Part shown: piece by piece, positions 10,807 through 20,571 of the stretch
Numbering within the stretch: position 1 is the stretch's first letter
Layout: each line of letters starts with the position of its first letter
Source of the DNA: Candidatus Bathyarchaeota archaeon
Lineage (GTDB): Archaea > Thermoproteota > Bathyarchaeia > TCS64
DNA: 64,000 nucleotides
Assembly (NCBI GenBank): GCA_963771885.1
Contig: CAVYVF010000002.1
Coordinates: forward strand, 96,001 to 160,000
Direction of reading: 5' to 3'
Made by a program: the position numbers and the translations under genes
The notes under the pieces: model-generated
Told to the model about the DNA's origin: nothing
Database searches by the model: none
Seen by the model: the letters and a program-made list of their open reading frames with translations, nothing else

Positions 10807-11170
10807 TAAGTACGCCTCCCCCTGTCAACGGGGGCACGAACCTTGCCACGCTTCGGAAACGACCTCAAACGCGTTGTCTAGCCGAGCATATATCTGTTAC
10901 CCGGGCGACCGAACCGGGGTAGTGAATGTGTAAAGTGCACCCGCGAATCCATGCGCCACGCGAAGCGAACCCCGTTAACCCACATCGGCATTGTAACACA
11001 TCCAAACCGCTGTTAACCAGCGATGGATGCGTCACCCCGATCACTGCAGCCCATGGTCTGTAAAGAAAAGTAGCGCCTATTCAGTGCGTAATGCTATCAG
11101 AATAGGCTCTAGTCGCATCTTCCAGTACACTGCCGTACCACGCTAGGAGGGTTTTCCAGGAAAATTCGAC

Positions 11171-11278
11171 TTGACACTTTTTACAGATTGAAGGACTACA
11201 ACTAACATCTTAACACGTTCATTTACACCATTTACACGCTAACAGCGCTTAACAGAGGACATAACACTGGCTTAACAC
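11171..11278. repeat. Phased array of about 10 degenerate YTWACAS heptamers
   Basis: ttgacac, tttacag, ctaacat, ttaacac, tttacac x2, ctaacag, ttaacag, ataacac, ttaacac, mostly at 8-12 nt spacing. Confidence 0.6.
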
Positions 11279-11487
11279 CTGAGACCACGCGCATGATCAA
11301 GCGGATCAAATCATCGTGTTCTCGGCGCGCGTATGCGAATAAAATATGGAATTTCTATACCCCCAGTACTGGGGAGCAAACCCGTAGAACGGATGGCGTC
11401 GGGGAAGATAATCGTTCGAATCGGGGGAATCGGCGCACATCGGGGTCGATGGAAAAACATTTTGTGCTATGCGTCCCTTAACAGGGG

Positions 11488-12738
11488 ATGGTAGACCCTG
11501 ACTCCACTAGAGCGAGGAGGCTTGAGTATCTCTCTCTCGCCGCGCTCGCCCTGGTGGCTCTCGCCGTAAGGGTGCTTCTCTATCCCATCCCCGGTTACAA
11601 AGCTGACATGAACATTTTCGTCGTGTGGCTGGGACAGGCAGCGGATGGTATATCTGGGTTCTACGCTAGGGGCTTTTGCGACTACCCGCCGCTCAACGTC
11701 TACCTCTTCTGGCTCTTCGGCTCAGCGGCGGATCGCCTCAGTCTATTCGGCACCGACGCGGTAACCTACGCCGTCAAGCTCATTCCGAGTATATTCGACG
11801 TCGCGACGGCACTACTCATTTTCGGCTACCTCAGGTCCCGAACAGGCTTCAAGGTATCCATACTCTCCGCAGCGGTCTACGCACTCAACCCCGCTGTCAT
11901 TTTCAATTCCTCAATCTGGGGGCAATTCGACTCAATTTACACATTCCTCCTACTCGCCTCATTCATGCTAATCCTCCGTGGACAGCCCATGACCGCGTGT
12001 TCCGTCTTCACGCTAGCGGTGCTCACCAAGCCTCAGAGCGTCGCACTCGCCCCCCTGATGGCGTACCTGGTATACAGCAGGCACGGGATCCGACGAACCC
12101 TTGAGTCGACCCTCGTCATCGCTGCCACGACCCTCATCGTCGTCCTCCCCATAAACTGGGGTGACCCCCTCTCCTTCCTCTTCAACATCTATTTCGGCGG
12201 CTACAGCGCCTACCGCTACACGTCGGTGAACGCCTTCAACCTCTGGGGGCTATTCGGCATGTGGAAACCGGATACAGTCGGCTTCCTCTTCCTCACCCCA
12301 TTCACGGCGGGGTGGATCATGTTTGTCATCGCTACCTTTGTGGCGATATACATGCTCGACAAGCACCGGGATAAACCTGGAGACGCCATAGTGCTTTTTA
12401 CTGCATTTCTCCTCCTCTTCAGCTTCTTTATGCTGCCAACACGCATACACGAGCGGTACATCTACCCGTCCCTCGCCTTCCTCGCCCTGCTCTCCCCGTT
12501 CTGGCGTAAGCTGAAACCAATATACGGCATCCTTTCAGTCACCCTGTTCATCAACCTAGTCTATGCGCTAGTCACGCTCAACGCCTTGACCCCCATCCGG
12601 GACGGCGACCCTATAGTGCTAGCGGTTAGCGCCATCAACACGCTTGTCTTCGCGTACTCACTAAGCCTGCTGAGAAAATATGAAGTGCCGGAGATCAGTC
12701 CGCCTTCGACTCTTCCTTTGAAGGCTTCTTCTCCTTGA
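11488..12738 (+). CDS. GT-C fold integral membrane glycosyltransferase (polyprenyl-phosphate-sugar dependent)
   Basis: Multi-TM protein with CDYPP, NSSIWGQFDS, TKPQ and PTRIHERY motifs. Confidence 0.8.
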   Translation: MVDPDSTRARRLEYLSLAALALVALAVRVLLYPIPGYKADMNIFVVWLGQAADGISGFYARGFCDYPPLNVYLFWLFGSAADRLSLFGTDAVTYAVKLIPSIFDVATALLIFGYLRSRTGFKVSILSAAVYALNPAVIFNSSIWGQFDSIYTFLLLASFMLILRGQPMTACSVFTLAVLTKPQSVALAPLMAYLVYSRHGIRRTLESTLVIAATTLIVVLPINWGDPLSFLFNIYFGGYSAYRYTSVNAFNLWGLFGMWKPDTVGFLFLTPFTAGWIMFVIATFVAIYMLDKHRDKPGDAIVLFTAFLLLFSFFMLPTRIHERYIYPSLAFLALLSPFWRKLKPIYGILSVTLFINLVYALVTLNALTPIRDGDPIVLAVSAINTLVFAYSLSLLRKYEVPEISPPSTLPLKASSP

Positions 12739-13873
12739 GCAGGTAGGTCAGCGGAAGCGCGAGGGCGTAGATGACCGCCGAGGCAAGGAAGGGGATCGAC
12801 GACCCAGGCACCATGTAGAGGGCTCCCATGATCATAGGGCCGAGGGTAAAGCCGAGGCGCGACCCAGTCATATTCAACCCAAAGCCGGTTCCCCTGAGGC
12901 GCGGGGGCAGCAAATCACTCAATATGGCGAGGATCGGCGGCCACGTCAGGCTCCAGAGGCCAAACGCGACACAGTAGACCGCGAGCAACGCCACCCAGCT
13001 GTCGAAGAGTACCCACGACGCGATGGCAACAGGGGCGAGGGCGCCGCAGATGAGGAGAAGCCTCCTCCGCCCGTGTCTGTCCGCTAGGTAACCGCCACCA
13101 AGCTGCGTGAAGACGAGGAGAATATTCGACCCCGTGAAGAAAGCGCCTATCACAGCGTAGCTGAGGCCGAACCTGTCCCTCAGGTAGAGGGGGAGTATCA
13201 TGTTTACCCCCGCCATGCTCGTGGTGACGAGGGTCTGGAGGACGAAGAGCGTCGAGATGGGACCCATGTACTTCCTCTCGCGTATCGACTCACCCTTCTC
13301 GGCCTCCTGCTGCTCAACCTTGTCCTCCACCTTCACCTTGAGGGATGGATAGATTGCGAGGAGGCTCATTACGGCGGCGATTATGAAGACACTGTTCCAG
13401 CCGACGCTCTCAGCAAGGTAACCGCCAAGCAACGGCCCGATGATTCCGCCGATGGGCCAGGCGAGGTTCATTAACCCGAAGAGGTAAGCACGATTCGTCG
13501 GCGTTGCGTTCTCTGCGATAATTGCGAGTCGAGAGGGAACGAAGAAGCACGTCGAGGCATTCAGAAGCATGTTGAGGGGGACGACTATCGTCCAGCTGTT
13601 CGTGAAAGCCATGAGGAGGACTGAGACTCCCGAGGTAACCGAGGCGAGGACTAGGAATGCCCTCTTACCGAACCTGTTCATCAGGACACCACTCGGCAGC
13701 ATAAGCAGCGTCGACGTCAGGTTCCCCACGCTTATCACGAGGGCGTTCTCGATGCCAGTCGCCCCGATGTCCTTCAGGTACAAGGGGAAGAGCGGCTGAA
13801 CTAGCTGCGCCGTCATCCCGATGGCGACGTTCACCAGAAACAGGATCGTGAGCTCCCTGTTAAGGACCTTCAA
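12695..13873 (-). CDS. MFS transporter
   Basis: 12-TM pattern; GYLADRHGRR motif A. Confidence 0.9.
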   Translation of the reverse strand: MKVLNRELTILFLVNVAIGMTAQLVQPLFPLYLKDIGATGIENALVISVGNLTSTLLMLPSGVLMNRFGKRAFLVLASVTSGVSVLLMAFTNSWTIVVPLNMLLNASTCFFVPSRLAIIAENATPTNRAYLFGLMNLAWPIGGIIGPLLGGYLAESVGWNSVFIIAAVMSLLAIYPSLKVKVEDKVEQQEAEKGESIRERKYMGPISTLFVLQTLVTTSMAGVNMILPLYLRDRFGLSYAVIGAFFTGSNILLVFTQLGGGYLADRHGRRRLLLICGALAPVAIASWVLFDSWVALLAVYCVAFGLWSLTWPPILAILSDLLPPRLRGTGFGLNMTGSRLGFTLGPMIMGALYMVPGSSIPFLASAVIYALALPLTYLLKEKKPSKEESKAD

Positions 13874-13915
13874 TGCTCTTGTTTACGGCAGTTCGGCGAG
13901 ATAAATGTAGGGCAT

Positions 13916-15172
13916 CTACCAGGCTTCCTTTAGGAGCCTGAGGGCGTTGCCCCCGATCACTTTGTCGACCTCAGAGTCTGAGTAGCCGTGCTTAACCATC
14001 CACCGTGCCACATTCTGTATACTGTCCGTCGGGTTCTCCATACCCCGGACATATCGTAGGTTCTTTAGCGCCTCGACATCCATGTCGATGCCGAGGTGCT
14101 GGGGCTTCTTGGTCACCCGGTCGGGGCGCTGGTGGTGGCCAAGCCCCTTCTTCATCCCCGTCTCCAGGCTCCAGAGGTAATTGCCGACGTGGTCGTAGTA
14201 GCCCGTGTCTGGGCCGCAGCCCACGTAGTCTATCCCAACTTGGTCGATGATGTGCTCGATGTGCTCCATATAGGAGTCGATGCCGTGGACGGGGTGATTC
14301 GCCGTGACGGTGAGGTTGGGCGCAGCCTCGACGCCAATGACTCCCCTCTTCTCGGCGAGTGCCTTGATGACCTCGTCTGGGATCATCCTCGTCGTGGGAG
14401 TGAGCGTGCGGGAGCCGCTGTGGCTGAGAGTGATGGGTCTCTTGCTCAGGTTGATGGTGTCGAGGGCTGTCTGTGGGCTAACGTGCGCCGTATCGATGAG
14501 CATTCCCAGCTTGTTCATACGGACGACGCAGTCATAGCCGAAGTCTGTGAGGCCCCCATCACGTAGCTCCTTGAGCCCCGATCCGAGCATGTTCGACTCG
14601 CTGTAGTTGATGCCCATACAGCGGACGCCGAGGCCATAGAGGACGTCGAGGCGATCCACCTCATTCTCAATGCAGCTACACGACTCTACGCTTGCAACCC
14701 AGGCGAGGCGCCCCGTCTCGTGGGCGTAGAGAATGTCGGCGACGCTCTTCGCATGTATCACAAAGTCCTGCTTAACTATGTCGCAGAGCTTCATGCCGAG
14801 GTCGTGGATTGTGCTCAACCAGTCCCAGCCGTGCTTCGTGTTGACGAAGTTGCTGCCATTCATCATGTTGTCGAGTACGCAGTCGAGCCCAGACGCGGCG
14901 AGGCTCTCGTAGGCGAGGAACTCGCGTCCTTCGCGGCTGTACTCCTCCCGCTCAGAGATGTTCTCCGGCCTCCTGCTCGGGTGGTCGTGGAGGCTGATCA
15001 CTACGCTCTTCTCCATGATCGATTCGAAGCGTTCCTCCTCCGCCTTCGTGAGTGGTACCCACTCGATCATGTCTTCAGGCATCTCCTCCCTGAGCCTGAA
15101 CTCTTTGTAATCGACACCGGGCTCGAGGAACTGGAACGCCCTATATCCGCTGTACCGCTTGTTTCTCCCCAT
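13916..15172 (-). CDS. Membrane dipeptidase (M19) family protein, divergent type
   Basis: SLHDH, bridging Glu (SVES), DTAH, SHS and GPD motifs; GGNALRL C-terminus. Confidence 0.85.
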   Translation of the reverse strand: MGRNKRYSGYRAFQFLEPGVDYKEFRLREEMPEDMIEWVPLTKAEEERFESIMEKSVVISLHDHPSRRPENISEREEYSREGREFLAYESLAASGLDCVLDNMMNGSNFVNTKHGWDWLSTIHDLGMKLCDIVKQDFVIHAKSVADILYAHETGRLAWVASVESCSCIENEVDRLDVLYGLGVRCMGINYSESNMLGSGLKELRDGGLTDFGYDCVVRMNKLGMLIDTAHVSPQTALDTINLSKRPITLSHSGSRTLTPTTRMIPDEVIKALAEKRGVIGVEAAPNLTVTANHPVHGIDSYMEHIEHIIDQVGIDYVGCGPDTGYYDHVGNYLWSLETGMKKGLGHHQRPDRVTKKPQHLGIDMDVEALKNLRYVRGMENPTDSIQNVARWMVKHGYSDSEVDKVIGGNALRLLKEAW

Positions 15173-15287
15173 CTAGATCACTGTATTGTTGCCCCGGGTG
15201 TATTAGATTCACTCGCTCTCGTACCATTGCCCTGCATTTTTGGGAACATCCAAATAAAACGGCGTCAGGAAGCCTTACGAGGCTACG

Positions 15288-15683
15288 ATGAGGCGAAACG
15301 TCCTGTTGCGCGCGGTCTTTTTCCTCGCGGGTACTGTCTGCCTCTTTCTCGCGGCCGTAGGTGTTTTCCTCCCAATCCTGCCGACGATTCCATTCCTGCT
15401 GCTCAGCGCCGCCTTCTACCTTAGGAGCTCGGAGCGCATGCATACGTGGCTATACGAGAACAAATACTTCGGCGAGTACCTGAGGAACTACCGTGACGGC
15501 AGAGGCATACCACTCGCCACAAAGCTCGTCGTAGCCGCGATGCTCTGGACCGCAATATCCTACTCGATACTCTTCATATCGACACACTGGGCAGTGAGTG
15601 TCCTCCTCGCCATGATCGCAGTGGCTGTCAGCATGCACATTCTCCAAATCCCAACCCTAGAGAACGAGCTGAACGCAGGGTAG
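15288..15683 (+). CDS. YbaN/DUF454 membrane protein
   Basis: GVFLPILPT.PFLLL...RSS.R signature. Confidence 0.85.
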   Translation: MRRNVLLRAVFFLAGTVCLFLAAVGVFLPILPTIPFLLLSAAFYLRSSERMHTWLYENKYFGEYLRNYRDGRGIPLATKLVVAAMLWTAISYSILFISTHWAVSVLLAMIAVAVSMHILQIPTLENELNAG

Positions 15684-15723
15684 AGCAAAACCATTTTACA
15701 GCCGGACCAACACCCGAAATACA

Positions 15724-16230
15724 ATGCTCAACTCCAAGGCGATCAAACAACTCATAGAGGCCCATCAACTCGTCACAGGCTACGTCGACCTCGAAAAGCA
15801 GCTTCAACCCGCAGGCTTCGACCTCAGCCTCAAGGAGGTTCACTCCTACTGGGGCGCCGGCGCGATAGACTTCGACAACAAGGAGCGCAAGCTAGCGCCG
15901 ACGAGGCAGCTGAAGCCCAACGCTGAGGGGTGGTACGTCCTCCCCGAAGGTTGCTACATGATCGTCTACAACGAGGCGGTCAAGATGCCACTAAACGTCG
16001 TCGCCCTGGCGCGGAGCAGGAGCACAATCCTCAGGAATGCGGCAGCAGTCGGGACAGCCGTCTGGGACCCTGGCTACGAGGGGAGGAGCAGCAGCCTGCT
16101 CACCGTCCACAATCCAAGCGGTATCAAGCTGAAGCAGGACGCCCGCGTCGCCCAACTCGTCTTCTTCACGACGGACGAGGTGGAGAAGGGGTACAGCGGC
16201 GTCTACCAGAACGAGCGGATGAAATCCTAA
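15724..16230 (+). CDS. dut: Archaeal dUTPase (dCTP deaminase/dUTPase family)
   Basis: QLQPAGFDL, RSRST, VWDPGYEG, VAQL and YSGVYQ motifs. Confidence 0.85.
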   Translation: MLNSKAIKQLIEAHQLVTGYVDLEKQLQPAGFDLSLKEVHSYWGAGAIDFDNKERKLAPTRQLKPNAEGWYVLPEGCYMIVYNEAVKMPLNVVALARSRSTILRNAAAVGTAVWDPGYEGRSSSLLTVHNPSGIKLKQDARVAQLVFFTTDEVEKGYSGVYQNERMKS

Positions 16231-16880
16231 GGGATACCTGCAAAGCAGTCTATCTGCCTGTGCCACTCGACAGTATCGGTGACCTGCGGCTCCGTCTCCT
16301 CCCCGAATAGAAGATCGACCAAGTATCGCGGCTTCCTGCCGCCGATCGCCATAGATTTTATGCATGAGACGCAGTAAACGGCGACGTCTTCCTCGGGCAT
16401 CGAGGCGGCGCGGCTCCTCATCATGGCATGGACATCGGCGAGTGGACGCGCGGGGAATAGGGCGTCGCCGCAGCAGATGGTGATTGTTTTAGTCCTCTCA
16501 GGCTCGACGACCTCGACGTTCATCTTTTTCAGTAATGTTCGGATCGCCTCGTGGACGCGCGGCTGGCTGCGCGTGGGGCAGGCGTCCTGTACGCTAATTC
16601 GAGCGCCGTGATAATCTGGATACTTGAACCAGTCGGCCTCAGCTATTACCTCCTAGAGGGAGACCGTCGTCGAGTCCTCATAGTAGGTCCTATAGCGTCT
16701 GTCGCAGCCGGGGCAAGTGTTTATGACGCATGTGCCTGAGGGTAGCGGCGGTATTTTGCGGCAGCAGGTATCGAGGCGGGGCATCTCGCCGAGGTGTTCA
16801 CTGAGTGTGGCGTGCAACCTCTCTGCGAGGTGTGGCTTGTAGATTATTAGGGCGCAGCCGGGAGCGTAGACGTACTTCAA
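16227..16880 (-). pseudogene. Cys-rich (CCG-like) Fe-S protein interrupted by one in-frame TAG at 16653-16655
   Basis: ORFs 16653..16880 and 16227..16523 are in the same frame and read continuously across the stop: TVSL*EVIAEADWFKYPDYHG...QDACP...CCG...YCVSC. Confidence 0.75.
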
Positions 16881-16992
16881 GTTGGTTCACAATGACGCCC
16901 TGCGCCTCGGTTTATAGGGGTTTCATCGGTTTCTTGCGGTCGAAGCCCGGTAGTCGTTTATACGCATGTGGTGAAAAATACTGCGATAGGGC

Positions 16993-18126
16993 ATGATGGG
17001 CAAGATTCTACTGATCGGCTCGGCGGGCAGCGTCGCCCACGACATGATGTACCAGATAGCTAGCATGACGGACAAGATACGCGTCGTCGGCGCTGACTAT
17101 AACGAGGTCAAGGGAAAGTATGAAGTGGACGAGTGCCTCCACGTGGCGCATAACTTCGGTCTTTACCCAGATCTCGGTTTCCGCAAGATCAACCTCTTTG
17201 ACGTCGACGGGACTGCAGAGCTCCTCAAGGAGGAGCAGCCGACGGTAATCTGCAGCCTCGCCAGCCTCGGCGCGTGGTGGGTAACCCGCCTGCTCCCCAG
17301 CGAGGTTTACAAGAAGATAAGCCCTATCGGGCCTTGGATACCCTTTCACTTCACCCTCACCCACAAGCTGATGCAGGCAGTGAAGAAGAGCGGCATAGAG
17401 ACGCGGGTCGTGAACGGCGCTTACCCGGACTTAACGAACGTGATCCTTGGCAAGATGGACATGGCCCCAGTCTGCGGCGGCGGTAACATGGACCTCGGCG
17501 CTAGTAGGCTCAGGAAGATCGTGGCGGCGGAGAGGAAGATCCCCGTCCGTGACGTCCAGGTTCTCGCTGTCGGTCACCACGGCACATTCTATACGGCGAA
17601 GATGGACGGCCCAAGCTGGTACAGGATAATCGCCGCAGGCGAGGACGTCAGCAAGGACTACCCAATCAAGACGGTCGCCAAACTCTACGACAAGTACGGC
17701 TACGCAAACATGCCCAGCTTCCCCGGGCCACTCGTCGACCAGATGAAAACGGCGAGTAGCTTCCTAAAGATCACACTCGCCGCCTACTACAACACGGGCG
17801 AGGTGATACAGTGTCTCCCCGCTCCGAATGGGTTACCCGGCGGCTACCCCTGCATCCTCGACTACGAAGGAGCGAAGCCTATCCACCCCGGCATCACGCT
17901 GAAGGAGGCGGTCAAGATCAATGAAGACGGCGCCAAGATCGACGGCATCGAGAAGGTCAAGGCGGATGGCACTGTCGTCTTCTGCGAGGAGAACGCTAAG
18001 CTGATGCGCGAGGTCGTCGGATACGAATGCCCTGAGATCAAGCCCTCAGAGCACGAGGAGCGCGCCAAGGAGCTAGATGAGAAGCTTAAGAAACTCTATG
18101 CGAAGCACAACGTCGGGAAGAACTGA
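16993..18126 (+). CDS. NAD(P)-binding Rossmann-fold protein, LDH/MDH-like, function unknown
   Basis: LIGSAGSVA dinucleotide-binding motif; VNGAYPD and GLPGGYP motifs. Confidence 0.6.
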   Translation: MMGKILLIGSAGSVAHDMMYQIASMTDKIRVVGADYNEVKGKYEVDECLHVAHNFGLYPDLGFRKINLFDVDGTAELLKEEQPTVICSLASLGAWWVTRLLPSEVYKKISPIGPWIPFHFTLTHKLMQAVKKSGIETRVVNGAYPDLTNVILGKMDMAPVCGGGNMDLGASRLRKIVAAERKIPVRDVQVLAVGHHGTFYTAKMDGPSWYRIIAAGEDVSKDYPIKTVAKLYDKYGYANMPSFPGPLVDQMKTASSFLKITLAAYYNTGEVIQCLPAPNGLPGGYPCILDYEGAKPIHPGITLKEAVKINEDGAKIDGIEKVKADGTVVFCEENAKLMREVVGYECPEIKPSEHEERAKELDEKLKKLYAKHNVGKN

Positions 18127-18277
18127 CTTTATCTTTTTCCTAGTTGCCCTTTTTCACCACGATCTGACGATAAGGTTACAAACATAACTATCATAGTTCC
18201 TTTTGCGACAATGATGCCGCGAAATGCTACACGCGAGTCGCAATGGATATTAACGAATTACAGGAAAGGGGTAGCCA

Positions 18278-19786
18278 ATGTCCAAACCCGTCACACAGGG
18301 AAGCCTATTCCGGTCACGCATCGCCAAGGAGTTCGACAAGAAGACTGCCGAGTTCCACACCAGTGCAAACGAGGACCTACGCATATTCGAGGACGACCTC
18401 AACTGCACCACCGCTCACGATATTATGCTCCACGAGCAGGGCATCATCCCTGCCAAGGAGCTCAAGCTTATACTCACAGCCCTTGACGGGATCCGCCAGA
18501 GGTGGCGCGCCGGAGAAGTCACAGTAGGGGCAGAGTATGAGGACGTGCACGAGTACATTGAGACAACAGTCATCAAGCAGATAGGCATCGAAGCCGGCGG
18601 CATGATCCATACCGGTAGGAGCCGTAACGATCAGGTCGTAACCGACATAAAACTCCGCCTCCGCGAGGACATCCTCGCCCTCGGCGAGGCGACCCTTGAC
18701 GCCGTCGACGCACTCCAGAAGCGCGCTGCTGAGCACGCGGATACCCCCATGATCCTCTACACACACGGCCAACACGCCCAGGTCGGCACTATGGGCGCTT
18801 ACCTCAGCAGCCACGCAGACATTCTCTTTCGCGACGCCCAGAGGCTCGTCGAGCTCTACACGCGTGTCAACACGAATCCCCTCGGCGCGGGACCCGTTGG
18901 CGGGACGAGCATTAATATCAACCGTAAGCGAACCACAGAGCTCCTCGGCTTCGATGGGATCCATGAGAATGCGATCGATGCAACGAGCGCCCGCGACTGG
19001 GCAGTCGAGACCGCATCGGTTTGTGCAATAATCCTCTGCGACCTCAGCAGGCTAAGCGCCGACATACTTGAGTGGAGTACCGTCGAGTTCGGCTACATCG
19101 AGCTCAGCGATGAGTTCTCCTCGAGCAGCAGCATTATGCCCCAGAAGAAGAACCCGAGCACCATCGAGCTCCTAAGGGGAAAGTCAGGGGAAGCCACAGG
19201 AGCACTAATGGAGCTCCTCACTATGACGAAGGGGCTCGGCTCAGGCTACGTCCAGGACCTACAGGAAACCAAGCTCACCCTCTGGCGTACCGTCTACAAC
19301 ACCCAAATATGCCTCGAGATCATGGCCGGTGCCGTCGCCACGATGAAGATTAAGAATGAGAAACTCGCCAAGCCCCTCGTCGGCAACTTCGCTCTCGCGA
19401 CCGAGCTCGCTGAGACACTCGTCAACGAGACTCCTCTCAGTTTCCGCGAGGCATACAAGATCACCGCCGACCTCGTAAACACTACCATAAGCCGCGGTTC
19501 AACACTCGACAAACTCACCCCTAAGGACGTCGAGGAGAGCGCTGAGAAGCTCTACAAGAAGAAAATCAAGATCACGCCTGCCCTAGTCGAGAAAGCGACA
19601 GATCCCATACAGAGCCTCAAACGCAGAAAGAGCCTCGGTGCCCCAAGCCCAGCGGAGGTAAAGAGGATGGTCAAGGAGCACGGTGCAGCAGTAAAGGAAC
19701 AACGCATGGAGCTCGAAGCAAGGAAGAAGGCAGTCGAATTGGCGCTGAAGAACCTCTACGATACCGCCGCTAGGCTCTCGAAGTAA
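18278..19786 (+). CDS. argH: Argininosuccinate lyase
   Basis: HTGRSRNDQ, SSIMPQKKNP signature, FREAY. Confidence 0.95.
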   Translation: MSKPVTQGSLFRSRIAKEFDKKTAEFHTSANEDLRIFEDDLNCTTAHDIMLHEQGIIPAKELKLILTALDGIRQRWRAGEVTVGAEYEDVHEYIETTVIKQIGIEAGGMIHTGRSRNDQVVTDIKLRLREDILALGEATLDAVDALQKRAAEHADTPMILYTHGQHAQVGTMGAYLSSHADILFRDAQRLVELYTRVNTNPLGAGPVGGTSININRKRTTELLGFDGIHENAIDATSARDWAVETASVCAIILCDLSRLSADILEWSTVEFGYIELSDEFSSSSSIMPQKKNPSTIELLRGKSGEATGALMELLTMTKGLGSGYVQDLQETKLTLWRTVYNTQICLEIMAGAVATMKIKNEKLAKPLVGNFALATELAETLVNETPLSFREAYKITADLVNTTISRGSTLDKLTPKDVEESAEKLYKKKIKITPALVEKATDPIQSLKRRKSLGAPSPAEVKRMVKEHGAAVKEQRMELEARKKAVELALKNLYDTAARLSK

Positions 19787-19824
19787 CCCTTTAAGCCCCA
19801 AACCCCCCATCTACCTGGACCCTG

Positions 19825-20571
19825 TTGAACAGCCGCGACATACTAATCATCGGCGCACTCATCCTCGGAGGCGCCATCGCACTGGAGCTCTATACAAACT
19901 ACGCCGACCCATTCATAGACTACACCCCAAAATCATTCACAAACCTGCTCACCGACGCCCCCCAGCGCTTCTCCTTCTACAAGGACGGCGAGCGCATCGG
20001 TAACTACTCGTACACGCTCACAGCCCTGAACAGCGGCGGGCAGACGTTGTATACGTTATCGACCTCCGTCGACGCCGTGTATCAGGGCTCGGTACTCCTC
20101 CTGAACACGACGCACAGGTTCCTCGCCGCTACCAGCCACCTCGGGTACACGGTGGACACCGACCTAGCTGGGCAAGAGTCGCACGTCGAGTGCGTATTCC
20201 TCGGTGACACCGCCGGGATAAGCACGTCATCGCAGGGGAAAAGCCAGAACACGACCCTGACCCTGAAGCCGAACACCGTTATTGTGGACAACAACGACCC
20301 TGCCCACTGGGAGCTGCTTACGAAGAGCTTCTCCCCTGAGCCGGGGAAGAAGTACAAGGTGAACGCCCTCGTCCCCCAGGGTGCGATTATACAGACCCTC
20401 GAATTTGGTGTAGATACCGCTCACCAGTTCGTTAACATCGGCTCGAAGAGCTATGAGTGCGTCGTCGCTCGGGAGCCAAACTATGAGATAACCCTCTTCT
20501 TCTACGAGGGTCACATGATACAATACAAGAATGAACCTGATGGCATCGTTATAGTTAAGCAGATGCCCTAG
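19825..20571 (+). CDS. Hypothetical membrane-anchored extracellular beta-rich protein
   Basis: N-terminal TM helix followed by a beta-strand-rich body. Confidence 0.6.
   Translation: MNSRDILIIGALILGGAIALELYTNYADPFIDYTPKSFTNLLTDAPQRFSFYKDGERIGNYSYTLTALNSGGQTLYTLSTSVDAVYQGSVLLLNTTHRFLAATSHLGYTVDTDLAGQESHVECVFLGDTAGISTSSQGKSQNTTLTLKPNTVIVDNNDPAHWELLTKSFSPEPGKKYKVNALVPQGAIIQTLEFGVDTAHQFVNIGSKSYECVVAREPNYEITLFFYEGHMIQYKNEPDGIVIVKQMP

Noticed and set aside
10631..10849. 72-aa ORF from the track as a real gene
   Set aside because: The protein-like signal lies in the other two frames (the integrase remnant).
11171..11278. CRISPR array
   Set aside because: Units are about 7 nt with no spacers; no cas genes in the window.
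11150..11375. Chromosomal replication origin (ORB-like TTCCAGGAAA, G-strings)
   Set aside because: No full ORB consensus repeats and no cdc6/orc1 gene nearby.
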